A stretch of DNA of 62,930 nt, the filler included, from Octopus bimaculoides (Eukaryota): assembly GCF_001194135.2 (NCBI RefSeq). It is 5 parts of 5 records of this genome, joined end to end, with 100 filler letters (N's around TTAATTAATTAA, not from the genome) between each part and the next. Parts side by side here need not be neighbours in the genome. Positions count along the whole stretch, not along the records: positions 25,857 to 44,367 come from NC_068997.1; 4 more parts are not named here. The stretch is one strand, 5' to 3'. The notes beneath the pieces are model-generated. The model did no database searches. It saw only the letters and a list, made by a program, of their open reading frames with translations, and was not told where the DNA came from. Shown one piece after another: positions 25,858-37,941 of the stretch (position 1 is its first letter; each line of letters begins with the position of its first letter). The position numbers and the translations under genes are program-made.

Positions 25858-26190
25858 CCTTACTGGCCGCATCTCTGTACATGGCTCGCACAGCTCTCAC
25901 TAGCCATTCTTCTATCCCAAGTTTCCTCATTGACCACCAGATAAGGGATCGGGGGACCCTGTCAAAGGCTTTCTCCATGTCAACGAAAGCCAGGTACAGA
26001 GGTTTATCCTTGGCTAGGTATTTCTCTTGCAACTGTCTCACTAGAAATAAGGCATCAGTAGTGCTTTTACCTGGCACGAACCCAAACTGCATCTCATCTA
26101 AATTGATTCGCTCCCTAATTAGTTGGGCTATGACCCTCTCTGTAACTTTCATAACCTGATCTAACAGCTTGATGCCTCTGTAATTATTTG
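25858..26190 (-). mobile_element. RTE-clade LINE reverse transcriptase fragment, ORF still open
   Basis: DEMQFGFVPGKSTTDALFLVRQLQEKYLAKDKPLYLAFVDMEKAFDRVPR. Confidence 0.95.
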
Positions 26191-26295
26191 TATTGATCTA
26201 TGGTTAAATATAGGTAATATACTGGTAGTGTAATGGATACTTCTATCCCTTAGATGATTATTTTAACTTCTAACGCAACCAACTATATATATATA

Positions 26296-26685
26296 TACTC
26301 TTTTACTTGTTTCAGTTTTCTGACTGTGGCCATGCTGGAGTACCGCCTTTAGTGGAGCAAATCGACCCCAGGACTTATACTTTGGAAGCCTAGTACTTAT
26401 TCTATTGGTCTCTTTTGCCGAACCGCTAGGTTACGGAGACATAAACACACCAGCATCGGTTGTCAAGCAATGTTGGGGGGACAAACACAAACACACACAC
26501 ATATATATATATATATATACATACATACATATATACGAGGGGCGTCTTTCAGTTTCCGTCTACCAAATCCACTCACAAGGCTTTGGTCGGCCCAAGGTTA
26601 TAGTAGAAGATGCCACGCAGTGGGACTGAACCCGGAAGCATGTGGTTGGTAAGCAAGCTATATATATATATATATATATAAAGAG

Positions 26686-26752
<67 letters not shown>

Positions 26753-26925
26753 GAGAGAGACGGGCTTGTTTCAGTTCCTGTCAACCAAATCTACTCACAG
26801 AACTTTGGTCGGCTTGAGGTTATAGTAGAAGACACTTGCCCAAGGTGTCACACAGTGGGATTTAACTCAGAATCATGTGGCTTGGAAGCAAACTTCTTAC
26901 CACACAGCTACACCAGTGCCTATAA
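26296..26925 (-). mobile_element. SINE family B copy plus a second 5' half (26760-26925), separated by TA/GA microsatellites
   Basis: Matches 13736-14131. Confidence 0.9.
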
Positions 26926-27544
26926 TGTCTTAGATGTTTTTTCAGCTAAGCAAAGGGTTCATAAACTAAGTGAAACAACTACAACTGATTCACAGAGTGA
27001 CTACTTTTTTTTTATAGCTTAATTACTTTTTTTTTATAGCTTAATTAGTCGGGGAAGACCAGTCAGAGACTCCTGTCTCATTCACAGGGATGCTGATTGA
27101 TGAGAAGAAATTACTCTCAAAGCAGACACCTGCCCCAAATATGTTGCAACAGAGTAAACTGAATTAAAAGCACTCTCACCAAGTGCCAGAAGGTTGTGTT
27201 AAATCTGGCAATGAATTAAGGCTATCAATTCAAACAAGTTTTGGTTTACCAAGTTTCATGCACTTCTTTAAAGACACTTACCAAAGGAGCTGTTCAGTGG
27301 GATCCAGCCTGTAACTGGTTATAACTTAACCACACAGTTGGCCCACCTTCCTACATATAAATCATACTGCTGCTGTTAAGGTGAATATTTTTAATCTTTG
27401 TTCAAGAACCAGAGTGAGGGAGATAAAGAGAGACACAGGTGCGCACATGTAGAGCAATGTAGTGTTAGCCAATTTGGAGCTGGTTGCAGAACTGAACTCT
27501 CTCACACACACATGAAGAGAGAAGGAATTATGTTTAATAATTCT

Positions 27545-27765
27545 TTCAAATTTTGGTACAAGGCCAGCACAATTTTGAGGAGAGGGGGGGTGTCTAGTCA
27601 GTTACGATGACCCCCAGTACTTGACTTATTTTATCAACCCTAAAAGGATGAAAGGCAATGTTGGTTGCAGTGGAATTTGAACTCAGAGGGTAAAGAGCTG
27701 GACAAAATGTTGCCGAAGCATTTCATCCGACAGGTTAACAATTCTGTCAATCCACTGCCTTGAAA
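27545..27765 (-). mobile_element. CpG-decayed SINE family A copy
   Basis: aaaggatgaaaggcaa...ggaatttgaactcaga...aagcatttcatcc. Confidence 0.75.
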
Positions 27766-28330
27766 CTATTTCTAATATTATAAAAAGAATGGATATAACA
27801 AAGTAACTCTGCACTAGATATGTCTTGAAACTAGATTAGTCCTTATTGACATCGGTTCAAAGGTTTCTGGGGTCAATATACATTGTTACTACTACTACTA
27901 CTACTACTACTCAATTATAAAAATATCTGAAGGCTTGATTCTAGATAATGAAATGGAGGCAGAAATATGGGTAAGTTTAAGAAAGAGGGGAGTAGATTGA
28001 ATATAGCCAAAGGACACCATTATATTGAGATATGCATTAGAAATATGAGCAAACAGCTGGATAAATTCAGTTCTCTTTGTTTTGTTGAATACCAATAATA
28101 ATTTCATGGTTATATTGTAGTAATTGTATAAAACGTTCTAGAGAACAAAACAATAGTTAATAAACATCAAAACGGTTCGAAAGTAAGAGAACAGAGAGTG
28201 AAGGATAGTTGAGGAAAGAGACAGAACTACATCGAGTAATATATAATATAATGTGCAACAGAATTAAATGGACTCATTGACCTATCGAGATTGTAGTTTA
28301 TTGTTAGTAGAGTTATGAAGGTTATATCTG

Positions 28331-28710
28331 TGGATGCGCAATGGCTCAGTGGTTAGGGCAGCGGACTCGCAGACATAGGATCACGGTTTCGATTCCCAGA
28401 CCAGGCGTTGTGAGTGTTTATTGAGCAAAAACACCTAAAGCTCCACAAGGCTCCGGCAGGGGATGGTGGCGAACCCTGCTGTACTCTTCCACCACAACTT
28501 TCTCTCACTCTTCCTGTTTCTGTTGTGCCTGTAATTCAAAGGGTCAGCCTTGTCACACTGTGTCACGCTGAATCTCCCCGAGAACTACGTTAAGGGTATA
28601 CGTGTCTGTGGAGTGCTCAGCCACTTGCACGTTAATTTCACGAGCAGGCTGTTCCGTTGATCGGATCAACTGGAACCCTCGACGTCGTATGTGACGGAGT
28701 GCCAACAACA
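28331..28710 (+). mobile_element. tRNA-derived SINE family C with TSD
   Basis: A box tggctcagtggtt, B box ggtttcgattccc, and a (CAA)n tail. Flanked by aggtta(t/c)atct at 28319-28329 and 28710-28720. Confidence 0.85.
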
Positions 28711-28904
28711 GGTTACATCTATAACAGAAAAAATACTGCTATTCATATTTTTCCGTCGGGGAAGGAAACAGCTTTTTAGTTTTCAACAAATTATACAAAT
28801 ATAAAACTACAAAAACTACTAAGTTATATACGTACCAAATTCACACAGTGCTGACATAGTTAAAGATCATTGTATCATCCAGACTATCGAATGTTGTTAT
28901 ATAC

Positions 28905-29158
28905 CACTGGTTACAATGCGCTTCTTTGCACTGTTGTAGTTTTCAAATGATGCCACCTCACCGCCTAGGTGAGAAGGATAGCATTGCCCTTAAATTGAAC
29001 GCAAGTGCGTTGCAGGCTTACCCATTTATACAGCTCGTTAGACAGAAGCAACGTGAAATGAAATGTTTTGCTCAAGAACATAACATGCCATCAGTCTGGG
29101 ACCACGAGCTTGCGAGCGAGAGTTGAACTCTCTAACCACTAGACCACGCGCCTTCACA
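28905..29158 (-). mobile_element. tRNA-derived SINE family D (Deu/Nin-like central motif)
   Basis: Minus strand gtgaaggcgcgtggtctagtggttagag head, and a gagctgtataaatgggta core. The domain name is an inference. Confidence 0.7.
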
Positions 29159-29332
29159 ACATAATTAAAAACAAGACAATAATGTAAAATAAATTTCCAT
29201 TCTTACTATTTAAACGCACACTATGTCTAGGGTATCGCAAGGAGAGGTTTGCTAACGTAATTCGGCGATAAGTTAAGGTTACCAAAATTAAGTGCTTGTT
29301 CACCTCTTATGTGCTATGCCTATAGACACGTT

Positions 29333-29850
29333 ATTACCTCCGCCAAGGAAGGAGGTTGTGTTTTCATCGGCGTAGGTTTGTCCGTCTGTGTGCGAAATAA
29401 CAAAAAAAAAAAAACTTCCGAACAGTATTTGATGAAACTTGCAGGTAAAGTTGGTAATGACACAAAGAACAGATGATAAAATTTTGGTAGTGATCCGGGA
29501 ATTTTTATGGATTCTTTAAGGATTTTTCATTTGTTATATTTATTTTACATGAAGTATTACAATGTTACGTTCTTTGATTATCTTTATAAATATTACATAC
29601 TCCACTCCCATTTAACGCCAATAACATTAGATTTAAGTACGAAAATAGCTTTTCAAAATCGTTATTCCCTGTTAACAGTATCTTTCCCAAAATGCAACAG
29701 ACCGTTTTATAAAATTAATTCTGAGTTTGGAAAGAGACGATGTTAAATAGTTGACGCTCTTTATAGAAGCCATAGATTTTTGCTAATCATTTAGAAAATA
29801 TAGCGTATAGATACGAGGCTTAGAGCCTCCGTATAATTACATCACTGTAG
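29333..29850. mobile_element. Probable Helentron/HINE-like non-autonomous element
   Basis: Starts attacctccgccaaggaaggaggttgtgttttc, with a cctcc/ggagg subterminal hairpin followed by gtccgtctgtgt. The right end is uncertain. Confidence 0.45.
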
Positions 29851-30838
29851 TATCATATAGGTTTAATATGGTTATGAATATATAAATATATATATGTACG
29901 TATGTGTGGGCGTAAAAACAATAAACAATTTATATGGTCGTAGTTGTTAGATATTAGCATAGAGAATAAGAGAGAGGCAGAGAGTTAAGCATTTTATTTA
30001 TTTTTGTTTTGTAAATAACACATTTTTAGATTTGGCTAGTATTTCTAGCAATTTGAGCGCTTATGTAGAGGATCCCTCGTTGGCTAGGTACCATCCTTAA
30101 CTTTTTACTAGTCATTTGATCCGGTTTGGTCAGAAGTGAAATTAGGGAAGAAATACGAAAAATAGAACCATAAAAAAGGGAGGTCACTCTGACATAGCCA
30201 AAGGTTGACCTTGTTATCCTGGGGCAGGAATAACATTCAGCAAAATAGACTGGAAATAAAATAGATAGAATAGGATAGTATCCTCAGGTAGAACAAAATT
30301 CAGCGAAAGTCAAAGGATGTTTACGTTGTTATATGTAATAGACAACACTCTTACACACACACACACACACACACAATCATACCTAATATAAAATTGTTTT
30401 TTGTATTTCGTTAATTTTCAAAGTAGCGACGGACCCTCTGGCAAACACTTCAGCTAATTCTTTCTCTAATCAACAGGAATGACCATTTATAATTTAATAA
30501 TCAATGAATTCGCAGGATAAACCTTATACAGGTAACATTTAATTTTCTTGAAGAGAGCTTTATTTGCAATTCTCGCTTATCAAGACACACAAAATTAAAT
30601 AAACACAGGATGGAAATTATGATATAAAATAAGCAACGAGCAATAAAGAAAAATAAACTTCGAGAAAAACAAATATATTTTAGTTAAAGCAGACGTTATC
30701 GGAATGTTATGGTCGAAGTAACGTTAAACTGAAGGAATTATTTACACGTAAGTATGAAATACAAAGTAAGCTAACACCTGTATTCTAAATTGATAACACT
30801 GAACAATACTTCAGAATGGGTTACAAAAAACTAGTTAC

Positions 30839-30886
30839 CTCATCTCCAATTACAGCCATAAGTTTTCCTTTCGCTGCCGAAGACAT
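30839..30886 (-). CDS. ATP6V1F: First coding exon of V-type proton ATPase subunit F
   Basis: ATG TCT TCG GCA GCG AAA GGA AAA CTT ATG GCT GTA ATT GGA GAT GAG|gtaact = MSSAAKGKLMAVIGDE. This matches the conserved N-terminus GKLIAVIGDE(DT) of ATP6V1F/Vha14. Canonical phase-0 donor. Too short for the ORF track. Confidence 0.88.
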
Positions 30887-30971
30887 TCTTTTAATTTAAG
30901 GAGGACCTTCAAATGTTCTGAAAATCACGAGACGAAGAAATGAATTAGTCGGAGTTATCGTTCGTGGTACA

Positions 30972-30987
30972 ACTTCCGCTGACGTCA
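30972..30987. promoter_or_regulatory. ETS-type site (ACTTCCG) next to a perfect CRE palindrome (TGACGTCA)
   Basis: About 90-100 bp upstream of the ATP6V1F ATG, in CpG-retaining sequence. A typical housekeeping-promoter motif pair. Confidence 0.6.
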
Positions 30988-31943
30988 CTAATGCTGTCTG
31001 CATTTTTCATTTATCTTTTTACTCTCTGTTCCGGTTGGGCAGGTTAAACTAGACCTTTAACCGTATTCGAATCTCGCTCAATCTATGGCGCTTGTGATAT
31101 GTTGATGATGCTACTCTGCTCAAAAACAACATTAAGAAGCTATTCTCCGCTTAAAATACGCCAGTGTTTATCTGAATGCCAATAGGACGAGAAAACCTAT
31201 GATAGATAGCCAGGTTGATAAGAAAAAGAAAAAAAATACAAATATTTGAGTGTCTATCTAACGCGACAAAGAAATTCGTGGTTGACTGGATATGGGCTGT
31301 TCAGTGGTGAGCAGCTTGACTAATGTGTGTAAAAAGCGTATAAAAACATAAAGAAAGATGTGGCTGATGAAGTGTGTATGACTGCGAGGTGTGGCTGCTC
31401 AAAGTTGAGTAACGGAGTAGAGTTGGTTGTGAACAGGGGCGTATACTCCGGGTGTGCGCTGCACACCCATCGAAAATAGCAAATTCTTTATAGATATTAA
31501 CCTTACTCATTAATTTAGTTACATAACATAATGGAAAACTTTTTTTATGCCCTTACTTGAAATTTGATGGCGGGCGTCCTGAAATAACACTGCACACCTC
31601 ACATAATATGGTGCCATACATATTTTGGGAGAATGGCCAAAAATTAATAGCAAAGGATGTGCGACAGCTTTGACAGCACGGTCGCATGTTCGTTTTCGTG
31701 GCGAGAAGTTGTACGTTTAAATTAATTTAAAATTCTTAAACTAAAACTGATTGATTTTGCAATAATTTTCTTCTTCTTACAATATCATCATATAACTTTG
31801 ATCTTAATTTGTTTTCAAAACTAATGATAAAGTGTTTCGTTGTACGATGAGGTTATCGAACATTTTATGTCTCATAGAAGCAGAATAGAACTTACATATA
31901 AGTAATTTAAGTAAGTAAAATTATACGGTTTCTTATTTTTCAG

Positions 31944-31996
31944 TGTGTGCGTACAAGAAAATTATGGCTTATTTTAGAATGCTTACAATTTATAGG
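31944..31996 (+). CDS. Candidate second exon (ATG at 31964, MAYFRMLTIYR) of a divergently transcribed gene
   Basis: Upstream donor GTT|gtacgt at 31711, acceptor tttcttatttttcag, possible donor AGG|gtatta. No protein family recognised. Confidence 0.25.
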
Positions 31997-32789
31997 GTAT
32001 TATTAATTCAGTTTGTTTTAGTGCCATATATCTGTATCCCAATTGAATCAAGTTTACATTATTTACATTTGCGATCCTGCATTTGTCTGCCTAATTTGAG
32101 TAATACTAGTAATATTAATGGCAACAATCATCATACGTCACTCTGTTTGGGATTGTTGAAATCTTCAAACATTTTCCATCTCTTTTTCTCTAAATACTTT
32201 TATTTTTGTATAATTCATTTATATTACTTGGTCTCCCCTTCAATCTCTTTCTACAAAACTAATTATATCAATCCGCCTAGCATTAGTTTCAAACTTTTAA
32301 AATTTAGACGCATTTTTATTGCTTTTAACCGACTAATAAAAGTTATTTCCCTTTAACCAGTATATATTTTGTCACGAAACATTCTACCCTTTTAATTTTC
32401 CTTCTATCGCAACCAACAGTAAATAACTTATTTTATTCTTCACATTCCCAACGTGGAACGCATATTTTTTTCACTCCCTTGCTCCCCTGCACTCTCTCAC
32501 TTCCCTTGCCTACTTGGCTTTTTTTCTTGGCACATGGCCTGAAATCTTAGAGGAGTGGCGCAATTGAGTACTGGGGCCGATTACATCGGCCCTCAACTAG
32601 AATTTATTTTATCGACTCCGAAAAGTGAAGTCGATCTCGGCCATATTTGAACTCATCTCGTGCCTTATTATTGAAACGATTTCGTCATTATTTTAAAACT
32701 TTGAACAATTCCGCAGAGAATTAAATAGTTTTCAAATAGTTTACATTAAATATATATGAAAAGTATGTGAGTCTAACTTGCAATTGGCT

Positions 32790-34275
32790 TTTGCTGGCCG
32801 AGGGAGTTTGATATTGCTGCACTCGTTTGAGTGTTTTGCTTTGATGTAGGGCTCACCTGAGATCTTGGACTGCAGAAGGTCAAGGTGCTTCTTGAAATCG
32901 TCTACCTCCAATTCCTTCTAGATCTCTCAGTTTTTTTGGGGGTTTTTTTTTTTTGGCAAGATATTAAATAGCTGTAGGCCTTTCAGTACATGGTCCACAC
33001 TCTAGACGGGATGGGAGGAACATTTGAAAGTGCAGTGGCCTCTTGTTTGATATGACTATCCTAGAAGGTGCCCGACCTTCTAGGATCTTCCATATGTATA
33101 TCACCCTGTATATCTCCCAACTGCGCTCCAGGAAGTAGAATTGCAATTCTTTCAGTCTCTCTAGTAGCTCAAGTGTTTTATTGATGCAATCTTCTCGGTG
33201 TAGCACCACTGAACTACCTCGAGTTCCCTGTTAATTTGACGCAGTGGGGTGACCATAAATTAAAGTAGTAGGCCAGGTGGCTGAGAACAAATGTCCTGCA
33301 TAGGACCAGTGTAGTTTCTGGTCCCTTGTTCAGAAAGTTCTTAGAATCCATCCGGCCATTCACCTGCACGTTTCCACAATCTTGGTGCTATATACATGAA
33401 ACGTTGCATCATTGCGCATATTAATTTCCAGGACCTGCACTGTGTTTGACTCATAGATTGCCGCTTCTTTTGGGCCAAAGTATTTTTATTGCGGCATGTC
33501 AGCACAAGCTGGCCTATATCGAAGGGCTTGGAATTGTCCTGCATTAAGTTGCATGTTGTTTTCTTTCGCTCATTTGCAAATGGCATCTAGCGCTTTCTGT
33601 AGAAGATTAGCATTGGAAGGATTTTCGAGTGCTTGTGCCAATTTTGTGTTATCAGCACAGCTAGTAAGAGTGGTTGTCAGGATAACTGACGGCATGTCTG
33701 AGAGTGCCATCACAAATATCAGCGGCTCAGAGACAGTTCCCTGAGGCATCCCACTCACTAGTAATGCCCCCCGAGACATTAACAGCTAATGGACTTCTTG
33801 CCGAGGTCCATTGGCTGCTACGGCTTGATTTCTGTCTTCTAAGAAGTCATGTAACCACTCTCCCAATTTTCCAACTATATCGAGTCTTCGCAGCTTGTGA
33901 CATATCATCCGTGATTAATTCTGTCAAACATTTTTGCAAAATCGAGATATATTACATCTGCAGTTGAGTGATTCACAAGTTGCTTTAACACCCAGTCAAA
34001 AAACTGCAGAAGTTGTGTAAGGTAGCTTCTTCCGGAGCGGAAGCCATGCTGGATGTCAAGGAGCAAGCCATTATCTTTCAGAAAGTGATCATCTTTATCC
34101 TATTTGATGCATGATTTTGCTAGCATGTGAGATGAGAGGAGAGACAGGTCTTGGGAAGTCTAGGACTTGCAAGAAGAGGATCTCTTTCTAAGGATTCTTT
34201 GTTCTTTTTTAAGGATTGTGAGGAATCCATTGAGGCTGATGGCTGAATTTAAGCTCATATCATCACTAACTGATA
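32790..34275 (-). mobile_element. Degraded CR1-like LINE RT and 3' end
   Basis: QHGFRSGRSYLTQLL; SGMPQGTVSEPLIFVMALSDMP..TSCADNTKL. Confidence 0.9.
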
Positions 34276-34330
34276 TATTAAAGAAGTTTCTTCTATACAT
34301 ACATACATACATACATACATACATACATAC

Positions 34331-34910
34331 AAACCTCAATAAAGTGCAGACATAATAGACCGGATATAGTAATCTGGGACAGAGAAGAGAAACTCTGTGC
34401 AGTAGTAGAAATCAGCTGTCCTGCGGATGTCAACATCCCACTAAAGATTAGAGAAAAAGAGAACAACTACGCCGAGCTACTGAGAAATTTGCAGATGCTC
34501 CACCCAGACTACAAGTTCAGATTCATACCCGTGATTGTTGGGGCATTGGGATATGTAACGAACTGCCTCAACAAAAACCTGAAAAAATTAGGGCTCTCAA
34601 AACCTGAACGAAAAAGGCTGATTAGAAGACTACAGATTCAAGCCACCAATGGAACTGTAAAGATATGTAAAACTTTCCCAAAATTTAGCACATAAATACA
34701 TATGCATGCATCTAGACATAAAAACGCATCCATAAAACAAACATACAAATCTGCGCATACACTAACACCAAATACTGCACACACACACACATATGCACAA
34801 ATACCTAGATGATGTTGATAAAAGTTCCAATGAAGGAGCTTTGAATCTATGCTAGAGTCCGGCTCTTTCTCTATGGACAAGAAATACAGAAATGAAACTG
34901 ATTGATAACA
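34331..34910 (+). mobile_element. 5'-truncated RLE non-LTR retrotransposon embedded in (ATAC)n
   Basis: Open frame HNRPDIVIWDREEKLCAVVEISCPADVN..KIREKENNYAELLRNLQMLHPDYKFRFIPVIVGALG...KICKTFPKFST* (PD-(D/E)xK nuclease). (ATAC)n at 34295-34330 and 34908-34933. Confidence 0.9.
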
Positions 34911-35269
34911 TACATTCATACATACATACATACGACCTGAAGATCTATGCTAAAAGTGTTAACAATGCCAAAAAAAAACAACTGGAATAACATTTTCAGC
35001 TGATATAGGCATGGAATTTGGCCAAAAGAAATGTTCATATTTGGTTATAGAACGAGGAAAGTAAAAATCCAAAAGCTGTGCATCAACGGTCTTTCTATCT
35101 CCCCCATTCCACACTAAGAATGTTACGAGTACCTAGACATAGGCGAAAATGTATCATATAAAAGCACTGTGAATAAAAATAGAGTGACCCGAGAACGGCA
35201 ATGGTCCCAAAACAGCACCTTGTTGGACTTTACATTGTTCTTTAAAAAGTCACGTAACCACTCACAGTT

Positions 35270-35530
35270 TTCCGACTACGCTGCAAATGGGTGAGCGCTC
35301 CCCAGACACGTGTGTGTTTAACGTGGTTTTCAGGGAGATTCAGCGTGACCCAAAATGCAACAAGCTTGGCTCTTTGAAATACAAGCACGACTCGTTTTTA
35401 CCAGCTGAGTGGACTGGAGTAACGTAAAATAAAGTGTTCTGCTCAAGGACCCAACGCGTCGCAGGGAACTGAACTCACCACCTTACGATCGTGAGCCGGA
35501 TACCCTAACTTCTAGGCCCCGCACCTTCAC
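35270..35530 (-). mobile_element. Mosaic SINE (family D head and core plus family C 3' body)
   Basis: cagctgagtggactggag..gctcaagga..aacgc resembles the 28905 copy. cagacacgt..gggagattcagcgtgac..tttgaa resembles 28540-28620 inverted. Confidence 0.7.
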
Positions 35531-35850
35531 CCCCTATGTACGGATGTAGTGGCAAAGAGCTCATTAGTTTGCTAACTGGCATGTGTCTCAGAGGTTGGGT
35601 GCGTGAAAACACATTTTAATGGCTCATTCAATATTTCGCTTATCCTTTAGGATTAACAAGTTAGCGAGACATTTTCTATTTTTTGGAAGAGTATTTCTAC
35701 TTTGCAATGTCCCTTTAGTACATGTACAGAAAGTCTTAGGGTTTGTTTTTATAGTTTCCATAACCCTGACTACATTTTTTTCTTGAGAGTATTGCATATT
35801 TTTTCAATCTCCAGCAGCATCATTTTTAAGCAGTACATGTATATTATACA

Positions 35851-36880
35851 TGTATGTTCTCTTCTATTTTCAAATAATTGAAATCTTCTTGTAAGGAGCT
35901 AGCTTCTATCAAAGATACAAAGCTTTATGATGTATATAAAAGCAAATCCTCATTCTAAACTTGAGAAAAGTCTCGCATATTTTCATTGTTCCACTTACAG
36001 ATTATATTTGTAATGTGTGAATTAGCTGGTTGATTTCTTTTTCTGAAAGCCCTAGTTTATCCAAATTGTTACTTAGGTATTTACTCACAAAATCAAGTGC
36101 ACTAAATGCGAATTTGTAATCCGGATATAGAAGCTGGAGGTTTCGAAGCAATTGTCTGTAATTATCTTCATTTTCTTTGACTTTCAAAGAGATATTCATA
36201 TCTGTAGGACGGCTGACCTCTATGATGCTACATACTTGTATTTCGTCTGTACTGAACAACGATATCCAAAACTTGAGATAAGTTTTGATGGGAATATTCC
36301 CCTAGAATTCCTTGTGTTCATGTTTATGTATTCAGTAACAGGGATGGATCTCTGTATTTAATCTAGGACAGTCTTTTTTCCGGATTGCATTGTATATTGT
36401 TTTAGCAACAACGTCTTGTCACACAGTAAGGTAGTACCTTGGTGATATTTTCGAGCAGCTGCTGATCACATATGATATCTTCCACAGAAATGTGACATAC
36501 TCGACATTTTCGTTGCACTCTAGGACTCCAACAGCTTCACCGTTTCTTTTGTTTACTAAGTATTTTTTATTATCTCCTTTTCTCGGATTGCAAATGCCTT
36601 CGAAATGTGATGTGATGTAGCAGTCGCGAGTCCAAAAGAGGTTGCACTTCATATTGATATTACAGTTATTTTCAAGTCTTCTGGAAACATATACATGCGT
36701 AGCCTTTTAAAGCATACTGAGCGTTTCATATCTACACATGGGAGGTCGTCAGGAAGAGAGTGCTTTCCGAGGAACTCACTGCCGACATGTAGGATGTCAT
36801 TTTCTTTGCTTTTATGCATTAAGATGATGTATTCTTTTTTGTTGCTGTTGTTTAGCAAGTACTGTCTAAGAGAGACAATA
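35851..36880 (-). mobile_element. Degraded second copy of the (ATAC)n-associated RLE element
   Basis: HDVVAKTIYNAIRKK; IEVSRPTDMNISLKVKENEDNYRQLLRNLQLLYPDYKF; SGTMKICETFLKF. Starts directly at (GTAT)n 36882-36938 and ends with aacatacat on the minus strand. Confidence 0.85.
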
Positions 36881-37360
36881 CGTATGTATGTATGTATGTA
36901 TGTATGTATGTATGTATGTATGTATGTATGTATGTATGCACGTATGTAAAAACTATGTATATACAGGGTCGTGCGCGTGCGTGTGTGTATACCATTATAA
37001 CACTTTCATTAGTCTAATATTGTATTCTGTACTCTACCATACATGACTAGGCGTAAGTGCCTAAGATAGTGCATGTGTGTGTGTGTGTGTATGTGTGTCT
37101 TTGAAGCTTTGTTTGAAGCATTGCGATATGTGAGCAAAATGGTGACTTTTAATAAAACTTTTTGGCAATGTCAATAAGGAATAAATCAGAATAAAATATG
37201 GCGTTGCCAATAAATAACGGAGGTGTAGAAATATCTAAAATTCTGTATTTAATCTTCCAATATTTCGGGATAAAAATGCCCTCTCAAGCAGTGTGAGAAG
37301 AGTTCTCCGAATCAGCTCACGGCCGGCACGATCTATCATACATACATACATACAAACATA

Positions 37361-37510
37361 CATGGCGAATTAATGGGGAACGTACAGTTCTCGTACCCTG
37401 ACCATGAATTCTCGTTTGTACCTATCATTATAGGTGCATTAGGTTAAGTACCAATAAATTTGCATAAAAACCTTGAAATACTCAGTTTCACGAAGAAAGA
37501 GCGAAAGAAA
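37361..37510 (+). mobile_element. Third, short copy of the (ATAC)n-associated RLE element
   Basis: HGELMGNVQFSYPDHEFSFVPIIIGALG*VPINLHKNLEILSFTKKE begins immediately after (ATAC)n at 37337-37363. Confidence 0.8.
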
Positions 37511-37735
37511 GTGACTTATGTGAACTGATGCACACACTTGGGTGTCTGCATCGATAGTTCAACCAATGCACTAACTCAACAACTTATTTACAAACGCTCT
37601 TAATTCAAAAAGTTTTATCGCTTTGTTAGCAAACGGATTGAACTCTCTCAAGAAGTTAAACAACGCTCATAGAAAAATCATACGTACATACATATATATG
37701 TGTGTGCATGTGCATATATGTATGTATTTATGTAT

Positions 37736-37803
37736 AAATTCAAATTACGACAAACGTAAATAAACAAACGAAGTTTTATTTACGTTTGTCGTAATTTGAA
37801 TTT
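37736..37803. repeat. Perfect 29-bp inverted repeat with 10-nt loop
   Basis: aaattcaaattacgacaaacgtaaataaa / caaacgaagt / tttatttacgtttgtcgtaatttgaattt. Confidence 0.95.
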
Positions 37804-37867
37804 AACATATGAGAGCGTCTCATAAAGCGAGATTTATATATTTTAATTTGCAGAGGAATTTGTAGTG

Positions 37868-37941
37868 GGTAGCTTAGCTTAATCGGTCAAAGCATCGTGA
37901 CATGTAATCACGGGGATGTGAGTTTGAGTCCACAGCTAGCC
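37868..37941 (+). pseudogene. Degenerate tRNA-Thr(TGT)-like sequence or SINE head
   Basis: Acceptor GGTAGCT/AGCTAGC (one mismatch), D stem GCTT/AAGC, anticodon stem CGTGA/TCACG with loop CATGTAA, T arm GTGAG-TTTGAGT-CCAC. Lesions: A33, T56, one T-stem deletion, one extra base. Confidence 0.55.
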
